NCBI GenBank assembly: GCA_029261655.1
Contig: JAJDAY010000025.1
Coordinates: 36,390 to 100,389, forward strand
Length of the DNA: 64,000 nt
Source of the DNA: Nitrospinaceae bacterium
GTDB taxonomy: Bacteria; Nitrospinota; Nitrospinia; Nitrospinales; VA-1
Direction of reading: 5' to 3'
The notes below the pieces were generated by a model, which searched no databases, was not told where the DNA came from, and saw only the letters and a program-made list of their open reading frames with translations. The position numbers and the translations under genes were made by a program. Of this stretch, positions 16,423-26,540 are shown one piece after another; within the stretch, counting starts at the first letter, position 1; each line of letters begins with the position of its first letter.

Positions 16423-16496
16423 GCGCCCGTAGCTCAGTTGGATAGAGTGACGGATTCCGAATCCGTAGGTCGGATGTTCGAGTCATCCCGGGCGCA
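16423..16496 (+). tRNA. tRNA-Arg (anticodon CCG)
   Basis: Cloverleaf read by eye: acceptor GCGCCCG/CGGGCGC, D-arm AGCTCAGTTGGATAGAGT, anticodon stem ACGGA/TCCGT with loop TTCCGAA, T-arm GGATGTTCGAGTCATCC, discriminator A. CCA is not encoded. Confidence 0.9.
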
Positions 16497-16664
16497 CTCC
16501 TTAAGCAGAAGACAAGTTTGTTGACGTTGCTCCCCGCCTTCGGGGCTATGTGCTGGCACACTGAATTGCTCTTTGGTTAAGATTTGGATTTGTTCTTTAC
16601 CAAAAGATCTGCTGAAACATCTTGCCCCTTGATTTGTCAAACCATCATTTTTTTCTAACCCACC

Positions 16665-17093
16665 CTAATACCGCCCCCCTGAGGTCCGCGTTCCTGATGA
16701 TCGCGTTCCTGATGATCGCGATGTGGAGTTCTGTCTCGTATAGCTCCCTTCCGACGATGACTGCTGTGGAGGGGGCTGATAGGTTCTTCCCGCTGGCGCC
16801 TGAACCAAACCTGGCCGGTATTTTTTTGGTTGCGGACTCGTGTTTGGTTTGGCGTTACCAGAAAACGAAACCGGGGTTTTATCACTCTCGGAATCTTTGG
16901 AGGGGTTATAAGTGAAATAAGTTTCTTCTTCGTCATCAACCCATTCGGAATCCTCGCTCTTTAAAGGTTGATCCGAATAGTGAACGATTCCGCTGTCATC
17001 GACCCATTTGAAAGTTTCAGCTTCCAGGGAAGACGAGAAAACGAAGAGCAATATTAAAAAGACTATCCATACCGAATAAGTTTTCACCGCCAT
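16665..17093 (-). CDS. secreted DUF4124-like protein with a Ser/Gly/Thr/Arg-rich tail
   Basis: Signal peptide, then FKWVDDSGIVHYSDQP (typical of DUF4124). The tail is SRSSGTRSSGTRTSGG. Confidence 0.65.
   Translation of the reverse strand: MAVKTYSVWIVFLILLFVFSSSLEAETFKWVDDSGIVHYSDQPLKSEDSEWVDDEEETYFTYNPSKDSESDKTPVSFSGNAKPNTSPQPKKYRPGLVQAPAGRTYQPPPQQSSSEGSYTRQNSTSRSSGTRSSGTRTSGGRY
16687..16716. repeat. 15-bp tandem duplication (cgcgttcctgatgat x2) encoding SSGTR-SSGTR
   Basis: read directly. Confidence 0.85.
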
Positions 17094-17218
17094 AACGCCC
17101 CCTAATGTTTTTTTATTTATTACTATAATAATTATATAGACGGATAAGGCAGGCAGGGGATTTTATGTCTTAATCAGCGAAAAATCAGGGCTTTTTTTTC
17201 GTCATAACATCCGGCTTG

Positions 17219-17494
17219 TCAATCGCTCGATGCAATCTCTTCGGAATCATCATCGGTTTCGTTTTCCTGGAGAAAACGTTCTTTTAATGAGTGCAGATCT
17301 TTTTTATTTTTGGTCACGCTTTTTAAAAGATGTTTGATGTCCTCATCCGGAAACAGGGCATTGAGGTCGGCCTCCGAATCTGGAAAAAGAAGGTTCAGAT
17401 CAATCTCTTTTTCCACGGGTTCCAAAGGACGGGTCGGGCTTTCACCCTGGGTTTCGGATACAGTCTCCGCCGGGGGTTTCACTTCTTCATTCAT
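17219..17494 (-). CDS. acidic hypothetical protein
   Basis: 91-aa ORF with an internal repeat, DLNLLFPDSEADLNALFPDED. No family recognised. Confidence 0.5.
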   Translation of the reverse strand: MNEEVKPPAETVSETQGESPTRPLEPVEKEIDLNLLFPDSEADLNALFPDEDIKHLLKSVTKNKKDLHSLKERFLQENETDDDSEEIASSD

Positions 17495-17544
17495 TTTTCA
17501 TCCTCTCAATTTTCTTGGCTTGCTCAAAATAGATTTTTTTGCGC

Positions 17545-18027
17545 TTAAAACCTTGCCAGCCAGATGCCTAAAAATACAGCCCCTGTGAGAGTGGCCAGAA
17601 TCATTTGACCGAAGGTCTTCATCTTTTGCAAGGTAGCGGGAACCATCTCACGGTTCTCAGGGCTCAAGTCCAGGTTGGCGATGCGTGCGCGCAGGGTGAA
17701 GGTGTGGTACACACTGAGAAACAGGGTGATGATCACAAACACCATCTTGACCCCGAACAGATTATAATAACCGGGAGCCAGATCCACCTGCCGGGTGTAG
17801 TTGGTCAGCAAATAATAAATACCGGTGCCGATGAGCATCAATACAGCGGCCAGAACCGTCGGCGCCAGCACCTCCAGAGCTTTATAAGCCACCCTATGCT
17901 CTTCCTTTGTTTTTTCTTCAGGCAGTTTTTCCATGGCCGGCAAAAAGAACAAGAGGCAATAGGCCAGACTGCCCACCGCAATAGCCGCTGACATCAGGTG
18001 GATGAAAATGAGAACATTATTTTCCAT
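17545..18027 (-). CDS. integral membrane protein (4 predicted TM helices)
   Basis: Four hydrophobic segments. Any resemblance to CopD/DUF-type small membrane proteins is tentative. Confidence 0.65.
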   Translation of the reverse strand: MENNVLIFIHLMSAAIAVGSLAYCLLFFLPAMEKLPEEKTKEEHRVAYKALEVLAPTVLAAVLMLIGTGIYYLLTNYTRQVDLAPGYYNLFGVKMVFVIITLFLSVYHTFTLRARIANLDLSPENREMVPATLQKMKTFGQMILATLTGAVFLGIWLARF

Positions 18028-18184
18028 GTTATTTGGCCGCCCCGTTATACAGGGAGGAAACTTAGGGCTGACGCTACGCGCGGCCTCGAAAAAAAGTTAC
18101 ACGGTGTGAGCAATCTCCCCCTCGCCGGGCGAGCGCCCTCCCCGGAGGTGTCCGCGTTTCGGGAGCCACTTTCTCTGGAGTCAT

Positions 18185-19723
18185 TCATTTTACTTTTTTG
18201 GCTTCCTTTTCCAGAAAATGAACCAACAGCCGAACGCCAAACCCGGACGCGCCTTTGGGAGTATAAGGTTTTTTCTCGCCCCAGGAAGTTCCGGCGATGT
18301 CCAGATGCGCCCAGGGTTGATCGCCTGCGAAAGGTTTTAAAAATGCCGCGCCCATGGTGGTCCCGGCGCCCACTCCCGGCGACGCGATATTTTTAAGATC
18401 GGCGATGTCGCTTTTGGTGGCTTTATCGTGCTCGTCCCAAAGCGGCAGTTGCCACAATCTTTCTCCCGTGAGAGTGCCGCTGGCTTTTAATTTTTCGATC
18501 AGCTTTTCGTCGGTTCCCAGAACCCCTGCTGCAAAATGACCGAGCGCCATGATGACAGCTCCCGTCAAGGTCGCAAGGTCGATGACCGCACGCGGTTTGA
18601 ACCGGGCCGCATAACTCAATGCGTCCGCCAGAATCAACCGGCCTTCGGCGTCGGTGTTCAGCACCTCGATGGTCTTGCCCGACATGCTCTTTAAAATATC
18701 TCCAGGTTTAATAGCCGAGCCACCCGGCATATTCTCTGTGGCGGGGACCAGACCGACGACGTTGATCGGCAGTTTCAGGCTCGCCACTGCTTGCAGAGTC
18801 CCGATCGTCACGGCTCCGCCCGACATGTCCATCTTCATTTCGTCCATGTTGGCAGGAGGTTTGAGCGAGATGCCGCCCGTGTCGAAAGTGACGGCTTTGC
18901 CCACAATGGCGATGGGGGCAACGTTCTTTTTTCCGCCCTTGTATTCAAGGATGATGAATTTGGGTGGCTCATGACTGCCTTTGGCCACACCGAGCAGGGA
19001 ACCCATCCCCAGTTTCTGCATTTCTGTTTTACCCAGAATCTTACAGGTGATTTTATGTTTGGCGGCGATTTTTTTTGCGGTGTCCGCGAGGTAAGTAGGC
19101 GTCGCGGTGTTGCTCGGTTGCGATTGCAAATCACGGGCCAGGCAAACCCCCTCAGTGACCTTGGTCGCGCGTTCGCTCGCCTGTTTGAGTTTGGCAAGCG
19201 CTGATTTGGAATTTGACAACAGGGTGATCTCTTCTATGCGGCTGGACTCCTCGCCTTTTTCAACGCTTTTATATTGATCGAAGTGGTACAAGGCCAGACA
19301 ACTGCCTTCAACCACCGCGCAGGCAGGTTCACTGGAAGAAAGTTTTTTGTCTTTGGTCAGGATCTTTTCGATTTCTCCCGAAGGGAGATAAAACGTTATT
19401 TTTTTAAATTGAGAGCTTTCCGCAAGGTTGGCGGCGGTTCCGGCGGCCTGGCGCAAACCTTCTTCCGTCACTTCCTTAGGTTTGCCGATGCCAACGAGCA
19501 GAACATTATCCGCTTTCATGGCGCCGCGAGCGTTTAACAGAATGGTCTGATTGGGCTTACCCTCAAAACGTTTTTCTTTGAACGCGGACGTCACCGGGCC
19601 TTGCAAGGCTTCGTCAATATTTTTCAAATCAGCCCCGGGTTTTTTGCTTTCAGAGCAAAACAGCACCAGACAGGGGGTCTTGTGTTGAAATAGTTTTTCG
19701 TTTTTAACGGTTGTTTTTATCAT
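18185..19723 (-). CDS. pepA: leucyl aminopeptidase (M17)
   Basis: NTDAEGRLILADAL signature, VGKAVTFDTGGISLKP. Confidence 0.95.
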   Translation of the reverse strand: MIKTTVKNEKLFQHKTPCLVLFCSESKKPGADLKNIDEALQGPVTSAFKEKRFEGKPNQTILLNARGAMKADNVLLVGIGKPKEVTEEGLRQAAGTAANLAESSQFKKITFYLPSGEIEKILTKDKKLSSSEPACAVVEGSCLALYHFDQYKSVEKGEESSRIEEITLLSNSKSALAKLKQASERATKVTEGVCLARDLQSQPSNTATPTYLADTAKKIAAKHKITCKILGKTEMQKLGMGSLLGVAKGSHEPPKFIILEYKGGKKNVAPIAIVGKAVTFDTGGISLKPPANMDEMKMDMSGGAVTIGTLQAVASLKLPINVVGLVPATENMPGGSAIKPGDILKSMSGKTIEVLNTDAEGRLILADALSYAARFKPRAVIDLATLTGAVIMALGHFAAGVLGTDEKLIEKLKASGTLTGERLWQLPLWDEHDKATKSDIADLKNIASPGVGAGTTMGAAFLKPFAGDQPWAHLDIAGTSWGEKKPYTPKGASGFGVRLLVHFLEKEAKKVK

Positions 19724-20286
19724 TGAATTCGCTTTGAAGGTTAGGGGTGTTTAATAGATGTTATCCAGAATTCTTGGATTTTTTATCGAAGCTAGAGTTT
19801 ATATTTAAGCCCCAATCCGATCAACCTTTTTCCTGACAGACTGTATTCATTCGTCTTTAAGGGTTGTTATAAATCATTCCCGACCAACGACCCTGACCAA
19901 AAGCGCCCGCGTGACCAGGTACCCGAATGCCCCCCCTCTTTATCTGCTGATTCAAGATTCCTAAAGCCCATGAACAATTCCCCCCTCAAGGGAGCAGGGG
20001 CACGGCTATTTCCTGCCTGGGTCAAGAGGCGGGAAAAACACCCATTTTTGGGATTAACAGTTTGATTTTATTAAAAGTTCTGATTTTCTCAACTCAGGGG
20101 TGGCGTGGAAGAAAAAATAGCGGGTTCTGTCACCGGAAATGCTGGAATTCTGCGCTGTTTTATGCCATTCTTGTACGTCCAGATCAATGGTTTTCAAAGG
20201 GGTGCCCGGTTGCGGTTCATCCTGTGAATTGAATATAAGCTTTCCAAATTTTTCAGATAAATATCCAGGAAAAGGGAGATAGTTTC

Positions 20287-22113
20287 ATGGAAGCGGTTGA
20301 AGAACAAACCCAGGCGACTGAAGAGAAGCAGGGAACGGTTAAAATCACCGTGTGTCTCAGCTTGAGCGGCGTGGCCGAGGGCGGCGAAAAAGTCTATCAG
20401 GAATTTGAGAAACAAATTGCGGCCATGAGCGCAAACGCCGAGCTGGGTGACCGGCAATGCAATATGGGACAGGTGGGCTGTCGCGGTTATTGCAGTCGTG
20501 ATGTTCTGGTCGATGTCTACATTCCCGGGCAGGATCGGGTGACTTATGAAAAAGTCAAACCCGAAATGGTCTCGAAAATTTTAAAAGATCATGTCGTGGG
20601 CGGCAAAGTATTCAAAAAAGCCGCGGCCAAGGACGACTATTACGAACAGATAAAGAAACAGACCCGGGTCGCGCTGGAGTTTGGCGGCGTCGTCGATCCT
20701 GAAAACATCGACGAATACCTTGCGGTCGGCGGTTACGAATCTTTGAAAAAAGCCCTGACCGGCATGAAGCCGAAAGAAATCAGGGACGAGGTTATCAAGT
20801 CCGGCCTGCGCGGCAAAGGCGGGGGCGGGTTCGTCACCGGTCATAAATGGGAGAAAGCGGCGATCGCTCCTTCGCACGATGGCGCACGTTTTATTCTGGT
20901 CAACGGCGACGAAGGCAATCCTGCATCCTATATGGACCGCAGCGTCATGGAAGGCTGTCCTCACCAGGTGCTGGAAGGGCTGATCATCGGCGCGTACGCC
21001 ATCGGAGCCACCGAAGGCATTATTTACACCCGGTCCGATTACACGATTGCCGTCAAGCGACTGAACATGGCGCTTGAGCAGGCCAGAGAGCGCGGGTTTC
21101 TGGGCAAGAACATTCTGGGGACTGATTTCAGCATTGATATTTCCGTCCATGAAGGCGCTGAAGCGTTTATTGGCGGTGAGTCCACGGCTTTGATGTCCTC
21201 CATTGAGGGCAAACGTCCTTTTCCCAGGGCGCAACCGCCGCATTCCACTGAAATAGGGCTGTGGGGACGACCCACTTTGCTCAACAATGCCGAAACCTGG
21301 GCCACCGTCCCCTCGATCATCAAAAACGGCGCCGACTGGCACGCCGGCAAGGGAACTCCAAATGCCAAGGGTTTCAAAACCTGGGCCATCGCGGGCAACC
21401 TGAAATACAACGGCCTCATGGAACTGGACATGGGATTGACCTTCCGTGAAGTCATTGATGATATCTGCGGCGGCATCGTCAAGAAAAAGGAACTCAAACT
21501 CGTCCATATTGGCGGCGTCACCGGTGGTTTTCTGCCTCCGGATAAAATCGACATCACGATGGATTACGAAAGCATGCTGGATGCCGGAGTCCTCATGGGA
21601 CAGGCCAGTTTCTCAGCCTACGACGACTCGGCCTGCGTGATCGACCTGGCAAAGTTTTCCATTGGCTTCAATGAAGGTGAAACCTGCGGGAAATGCACCC
21701 CCTGCCGAATCGGCCTGACCCTCATCAAAAACAAGTTGGACGATATTTCCGAAGGCCGGGGCAAGATGGAAGACCTCGATAAATTGCAGGCCCTGTGCGA
21801 AGAAATAAATGTGACTTCGCTGTGCGGCCTGGGGGAAACCGCTGTCAAATGCGTTTTGACCGGCTTAAAGTATTTCCGCAAGGAGTTTGAACGGCACATC
21901 AATGACCAGATTTGCGATGCCGCAAAATGCACAGGACTCTACCGTTATTATGTAAAAGAAGAAGAGTGCGTTGCCTGCGGCGCGTGCATCAAGCCCTGCC
22001 CCACCGGCGCTATAACAGGGGGAACCCGTAAGGTGGCGGCGCACATTGATATGGATTTATGCATCAACTGCAACGCCTGCTACGAGGCCTGCGGTTTCCT
22101 GGCGATTTTATAA
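20287..22113 (+). CDS. NuoF-like NAD(P)H-binding FMN/Fe-S flavoprotein, with an N-terminal thioredoxin-like domain and a C-terminal 2x[4Fe-4S] ferredoxin domain
   Basis: GLRGKGGGGFVTGHKW (FMN site), GDEGNPASYMDR, ETCGKCTPCRIG...SLCGLG (N3 cluster), and the C-terminal CVACGACIKPCP / CINCNACYEACG. Confidence 0.88.
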   Translation: MEAVEEQTQATEEKQGTVKITVCLSLSGVAEGGEKVYQEFEKQIAAMSANAELGDRQCNMGQVGCRGYCSRDVLVDVYIPGQDRVTYEKVKPEMVSKILKDHVVGGKVFKKAAAKDDYYEQIKKQTRVALEFGGVVDPENIDEYLAVGGYESLKKALTGMKPKEIRDEVIKSGLRGKGGGGFVTGHKWEKAAIAPSHDGARFILVNGDEGNPASYMDRSVMEGCPHQVLEGLIIGAYAIGATEGIIYTRSDYTIAVKRLNMALEQARERGFLGKNILGTDFSIDISVHEGAEAFIGGESTALMSSIEGKRPFPRAQPPHSTEIGLWGRPTLLNNAETWATVPSIIKNGADWHAGKGTPNAKGFKTWAIAGNLKYNGLMELDMGLTFREVIDDICGGIVKKKELKLVHIGGVTGGFLPPDKIDITMDYESMLDAGVLMGQASFSAYDDSACVIDLAKFSIGFNEGETCGKCTPCRIGLTLIKNKLDDISEGRGKMEDLDKLQALCEEINVTSLCGLGETAVKCVLTGLKYFRKEFERHINDQICDAAKCTGLYRYYVKEEECVACGACIKPCPTGAITGGTRKVAAHIDMDLCINCNACYEACGFLAIL

Positions 22114-22127
22114 TCTTCGACCAACCA

Positions 22128-22167
22128 AAAAGCCCCTGGCGATTAGATCGTCATGGGCTTTTTTTTG
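22128..22167 (+). terminator. possible intrinsic terminator after the NuoF-like gene
   Basis: AGCCC...GGGCT stem followed by T8 (22159-22166). The loop is long, so this is only moderately convincing. Confidence 0.4.
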
Positions 22168-22221
22168 CCCACGCCTTTAAAAGCAAGCCCTTGTTAAAAT
22201 AAAATCATAAGGAGCAGGCCT

Positions 22222-23004
22222 TTGCAATGGACCGCTTTAGAAAACCGCTGGGTGGAAGTTTTTCAGACTCTTGAAAACTACCAGCTTTTTGCGTTTGATA
22301 ATATCGCGACCGCTTCCCAGTACTGGATGGTCTACGATCATTTTCTAAAATCGGTTCCAAGGCCCCAAGCCACGGTTTTGGATTGGGGTTGCGGGAGCGG
22401 TCATTTCAGTTATTTTTTATTGAACAACGGATTCAAGACCGAATCGTTCAATGTGAATGCCGGCGATTCCTACCATCCCGATGGCATCAAAATTGCCGAC
22501 CTTCTCACGACCCGGTTCAAAGACGCATTCACCTTTAAAATCTCGTCCGGCGACCCGGTGCAATTGCCCTACCCCGACCAATCGTTTGATGCGGTGGTCT
22601 CGGTCGGCGTGCTGGAACATGTGCGTCAGGAAGGCGGGGATGAAATAAAAAGTCTCAAAGAAATCCGCCGTGTCCTGAAAAAGGACGGCGTGTTTTTGTG
22701 TTTTCATTTTCCGAATAAATACAGCTGGGTCGAAGCCCTCGCCAGGCAAATCCCGTCCAAGCACCACCACCCTTATTTATTCACGCGACAAAATATTCAC
22801 GCTTTGAATGAGGCCGCGGGGTTCACTGTGGAAGAAGTCAAAGGGTATGCGGTTTTGCCCAGAAACGAATTGGCGCGCCTGCCGGAAGCAATAAAGAACA
22901 ACCCCTCTTTCGTGAAATTTTATAATCTGGCGGATCGACTTCTCCCAAAGGTTTTGCCCCCCATTTTTCAAAACTATTATTTCCGGTCGAGAAAACCAGG
23001 CTGA
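22222..23004 (+). CDS. class I SAM-dependent methyltransferase
   Basis: VLDWGCGSGHFS (motif I) and FDAVVSVGVLEHV. TTG start 7 nt after AAGGAG. Confidence 0.8.
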   Translation: MQWTALENRWVEVFQTLENYQLFAFDNIATASQYWMVYDHFLKSVPRPQATVLDWGCGSGHFSYFLLNNGFKTESFNVNAGDSYHPDGIKIADLLTTRFKDAFTFKISSGDPVQLPYPDQSFDAVVSVGVLEHVRQEGGDEIKSLKEIRRVLKKDGVFLCFHFPNKYSWVEALARQIPSKHHHPYLFTRQNIHALNEAAGFTVEEVKGYAVLPRNELARLPEAIKNNPSFVKFYNLADRLLPKVLPPIFQNYYFRSRKPG

Positions 23005-23089
23005 GCCTGCACTGACGTGCGATGGACTTATTGCTGACTCATTTTTCATAGCTAATTTTTCTGTGGCAGAGCCATTTTTACGAACCCTT

Positions 23090-23515
23090 TCACATCCCCA
23101 GATGATCTTTCAAAATTTTGGAATCTTTGATTTTTGGATTGTCAGGCGCAAGTTTGAGCGCTTCACCAAAATGCGTGGTCGCGCCGCCATGATCACCCAG
23201 TTGGTCGAGAGTGAGGGCCATATTATAATGCGCCTCGGCCAATTTGGGACCGGCGGCGACAGCTTCCTCAAAGTGTTTCAATGATGTTTTCCAGTGACCT
23301 TCCTTATAATGCCCAACGCCTTCATTATTTTCAGAGGCCCCAGGTTCGGTATCCGGGGCTAAGAGAGCGCCGGCCGGGATCTTATCTCCAACCGCGGAAA
23401 TGGGTTTCTCGTTTTCGGTCGATTGCTTCCCGGTGGTCGTTCCTTTTTCACAACCGGTGGCGATCAATATGATGGCGACCCCTAGCAGAAACGTATAGTA
23501 AAAAGAGTTTTTCAT
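23090..23515 (-). CDS. TPR-repeat lipoprotein
   Basis: Signal ending IATG-C. TPR-like helices: AEAHYNMALTLDQLGDHGGATTHFGEALKLAP. Confidence 0.7.
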   Translation of the reverse strand: MKNSFYYTFLLGVAIILIATGCEKGTTTGKQSTENEKPISAVGDKIPAGALLAPDTEPGASENNEGVGHYKEGHWKTSLKHFEEAVAAGPKLAEAHYNMALTLDQLGDHGGATTHFGEALKLAPDNPKIKDSKILKDHLGM

Positions 23516-23658
23516 TGCGGCTCCTCAGGTCAAAAAAATCGTGAGATACTAAAAACCATGTTCGACAACGGATGGTATCTTTCAGGCATGAAAACACAAT
23601 CTAGGTCAGCGGACCCGTTTTGTCAACGGAGCCGGGTTTATCTGCCGGAGCCTGGGGA

Positions 23659-24204
23659 ATGAATTGTCCGTCCTGCAAGCTGGAACTTCATAAAATAACG
23701 GCCGGGGGACTTTCCGTTTTCGTCTGTCAGGGAGGCTGTGGCGGACTATGGTTTGGCCGGCTTGAGGTTTTGAAATTGGATGGGCAAAGCCTGGGAAACG
23801 GGAAACGACTATTGAACGTCCCAAGGGCGGAAGGCGTCCGGTTTTTCCGCAATGTAGAAGCCATTTGCCCTTACTGCAAAACCACACTTTTGTTACGACA
23901 TTTTTTCAGCAGGGAACAAGAGGTGGAAGTGTGTCAATGCGCAAAATGCAGTGGGTTCTGGGTCGATTCAGGGGAACTGGCAAGAATCATTGAGCCTTCA
24001 TTTGCAACGGAGGAAAAACAAAAACAGGCGGTGTCGTCCTACTTTAAAGTTATTTTTGACCAGCGAATCGCGAAAATGAATTTGGCCAACGTGGATATAA
24101 TGGAATCGGGCCGATCCATCGTCAAAATTTTTTTATTTTTATGCCCGGAAAAATTTCAGCCTCTCAAAACTTCCCTGCAACAGAAATTTTTCAGTAACCT
24201 CTAA
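23659..24204 (+). CDS. protein with two TFIIB-type zinc-ribbon modules
   Basis: CPSCKLEL...CQGGCGGLWF and CPYCKTTL...CAKCSGFWVD. Start set at MNCPSC. Confidence 0.6.
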   Translation: MNCPSCKLELHKITAGGLSVFVCQGGCGGLWFGRLEVLKLDGQSLGNGKRLLNVPRAEGVRFFRNVEAICPYCKTTLLLRHFFSREQEVEVCQCAKCSGFWVDSGELARIIEPSFATEEKQKQAVSSYFKVIFDQRIAKMNLANVDIMESGRSIVKIFLFLCPEKFQPLKTSLQQKFFSNL

Positions 24205-24238
24205 GGCTCAGGCGTACAAAAAACCCCAAAGTAAATTT

Positions 24239-24616
24239 TCAGGTTGTCGGCTGGATCTCGGGTTCCAAATCTTTGTTCAATATTTTCAACGCTCGTTCAT
24301 CGTAATTCCGGGCCTGTGTCAAGTCACCCACGGCCTCGTAAAGCCCCGCCAGCGTTTGCAAAGTCACCGCCACGTCGTAATGATCCGGACCCTGGGTTCT
24401 TTCCCGGATTCTTAAAACTTTTTTGGCAATGGGGAAAGCGGCCTGATATTTTCCGGCATGGTAAAGGGTCATCACTTTTTGACTCAGGGATTCAGCTGTT
24501 TCAACCTCGGCCTGACCGGCGCGTGGAAAGGCAAAATAAAAGGTGATTATCACCGATATCAATAAAGTAATGGCGATCTCAAACGAAAATGTTTTAGCGG
24601 TCGATTGATTGCTCAT
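24239..24616 (-). CDS. membrane-anchored TPR protein
   Basis: N-terminal TM helix, then TPR_10/12-like helices (DHYDVAVTLQTLAGLYEAVGDLTQARNYDERALKI). Confidence 0.65.
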   Translation of the reverse strand: MSNQSTAKTFSFEIAITLLISVIITFYFAFPRAGQAEVETAESLSQKVMTLYHAGKYQAAFPIAKKVLRIRERTQGPDHYDVAVTLQTLAGLYEAVGDLTQARNYDERALKILNKDLEPEIQPTT

Positions 24617-25058
24617 GAATTCCCCCTTCTCCTTTAACCTTGGAACGCAAAAAAACGAACGCTCGGTTTTTCAATGTTTTTTAGGGATGCCTACTTTTAA
24701 CTGCAAAAAAAACAAACGTCAAGAACTTTTTCAACTTCATTGAATTCAGCATACCGAACTTTCGTCACATGGCTATTATGCCTGGGTCACAAAATTGTTA
24801 AATTCGGGCAATAGACAAAGACCTTTTTTTTCAGGCATTAAACCAGATCAAGGCCTCCAGAAGACCGCCTGCGCCAACAGGGCCTGAGGGATCAAGGGGG
24901 TTTGGCGGGGCAAACACATACGTGGGGTTGAGCAAACGCCGGAAAACCAACGGTCACAGTAGAAGAAATAGGGGGTGGGGTTCCAACAAGACCAACACAA
25001 AGATCAGAATGTCAGCCGGGACAGGAATGCCTTGAACGCATTCTTTTTAACAACCTGC

Positions 25059-26537
25059 TTAAAATCGGAGGGTTTCGATTTTTTTGAAGCGCGGGGACTC
25101 TTTCATGAAAAGCCCATCTTCCACTTTAAATTGGTTGCGGCGAAGATCCAGTTTCTTCAGGGATTGCAAGTTTGGGGAAGCTGAAAAAAATTCAACGCCC
25201 GACCGGGTGATGGCGTTGCCATTTAACTGCAACTCTTCCAGCCCGCCGAACTGGCCCGAATTGGCAATCGACCAAAAGCCGAGATCGCCCATAAAAATAT
25301 CCATCACCCGCAATTTTTTCAGGTGCTGAAAGTTTTTTGATGTGGACAGAACGTGGACTCCTTTTTCTGTTATGTCGTTGAGGCTGATGTTAAAATCCTC
25401 AAGCTCCTTGAGTTGATCTGACCGGGCCAGCGCCAGGAACCCCGGAAAAGTGATCCGGGTTTTTTCCAGATTGAGAGTATTCAACCGGGATAATATCGGG
25501 GATTGAGCCAGCAGTACAGCGCCTTTATTGCCAATCTTATTGTCCATCAGGTTCAAGGATTTCAGCTTTTGCAACGCACCCGATTCGGTCAGAGCGCGCA
25601 GACCCCGGTGATCGAAATCATTGGCGCGAAGAGACAGCGTCTCCACATCTCTTAGCTTTTCCGATCGGGCCAACGCTTCCAGATCTTTGTTGTTGAGACG
25701 GCTTTCATTGAGGTTCAACACGGTCCCGGCCAGGTTTTTTTTCACCAGAAGCCTGATCTGCATATCCTGTAAGAGGGTTTCCCCCAATCCTGTGAATGCA
25801 TTATCGTGCATGTAAAGGGCGTACAAATTCGACAAATGTTTGGAATCCGCCAGGGCACGGGCCCCCTCATTGCCAATGCTATTGGAATCGAGAATCAGCT
25901 CCTGAACCCCGCTCAAGGTCGGAGCCTTGGCCAGGGTTTTGGCTCCGTGGTCGTGGATGTTGTTCCATCCCATATTCAAATGTTTTAAATGGCTGAAAGC
26001 GCCGGTTTGCACCCAGTCGGCCAAAGTGATGTCGCCGATTTGATTGCGTCTTAAATTCAATAGTTTGAGCGCGGGGTTGGCGGGACCGTCGGGAAATGTT
26101 GTCAACCGGGTTCGACCCACGCGATTCATCTCAAGCTCCAGCGTTTGCAGGGCTTTAAGGGTGGATGATTTTATCAGGTTGAGGGCCCCTTCGTCGCCCA
26201 CTCGATTGTTGACCAGGCTGATGGTTTGCAATTTTGCCAAATGGGGAGACCGGGCCAGAGAGTTGATCCCGGCATTGCTGATTTTGTTCGCGTCCAGAAT
26301 CAGAACCGTCAGGTTGGACAATGAGGAGCATTCAGCAAGAGCTTTCAGGCCGTGGCTGGTCATCTCATTCCAGCTCAAGTCCAGCCTAGTGACCGAGGCA
26401 AGATCGAAACTCCTGGCAAGCAGAGTGACCCCCTCATCTCCGATCCGTTCATACCGGAGGTCAAGAACAGAGTCCTTCAGTTCTACTTTTTCCCGCAGAA
26501 GGCGAACCAGTTGTAAATCGCGTTTATTTACGTTCAT
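25059..26537 (-). CDS. ribonuclease-inhibitor-type leucine-rich repeat protein (about 16 repeats)
   Basis: About 28-aa period, L..L.L..N.IG..GA.ALA.S, throughout. No signal peptide. Confidence 0.85.
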   Translation of the reverse strand: MNVNKRDLQLVRLLREKVELKDSVLDLRYERIGDEGVTLLARSFDLASVTRLDLSWNEMTSHGLKALAECSSLSNLTVLILDANKISNAGINSLARSPHLAKLQTISLVNNRVGDEGALNLIKSSTLKALQTLELEMNRVGRTRLTTFPDGPANPALKLLNLRRNQIGDITLADWVQTGAFSHLKHLNMGWNNIHDHGAKTLAKAPTLSGVQELILDSNSIGNEGARALADSKHLSNLYALYMHDNAFTGLGETLLQDMQIRLLVKKNLAGTVLNLNESRLNNKDLEALARSEKLRDVETLSLRANDFDHRGLRALTESGALQKLKSLNLMDNKIGNKGAVLLAQSPILSRLNTLNLEKTRITFPGFLALARSDQLKELEDFNISLNDITEKGVHVLSTSKNFQHLKKLRVMDIFMGDLGFWSIANSGQFGGLEELQLNGNAITRSGVEFFSASPNLQSLKKLDLRRNQFKVEDGLFMKESPRFKKIETLRF

Positions 26538-26540
26538 GTA

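Noticed and set aside
16381-16700. Genomic island or integrase next to tRNA-Arg
   Set aside because: No integrase, transposase or direct repeat of the tRNA 3' end was seen downstream. The neighbouring genes are small ordinary-looking ORFs.
25025-25048. Hairpin GAATGC-cttgaac-GCATTC plus T5 just beyond the LRR operon stop
   Set aside because: The T-tract follows the hairpin only on the plus strand, where no gene ends nearby. On the minus (LRR) strand there is no U-tract, so it is not a convincing terminator for either strand.
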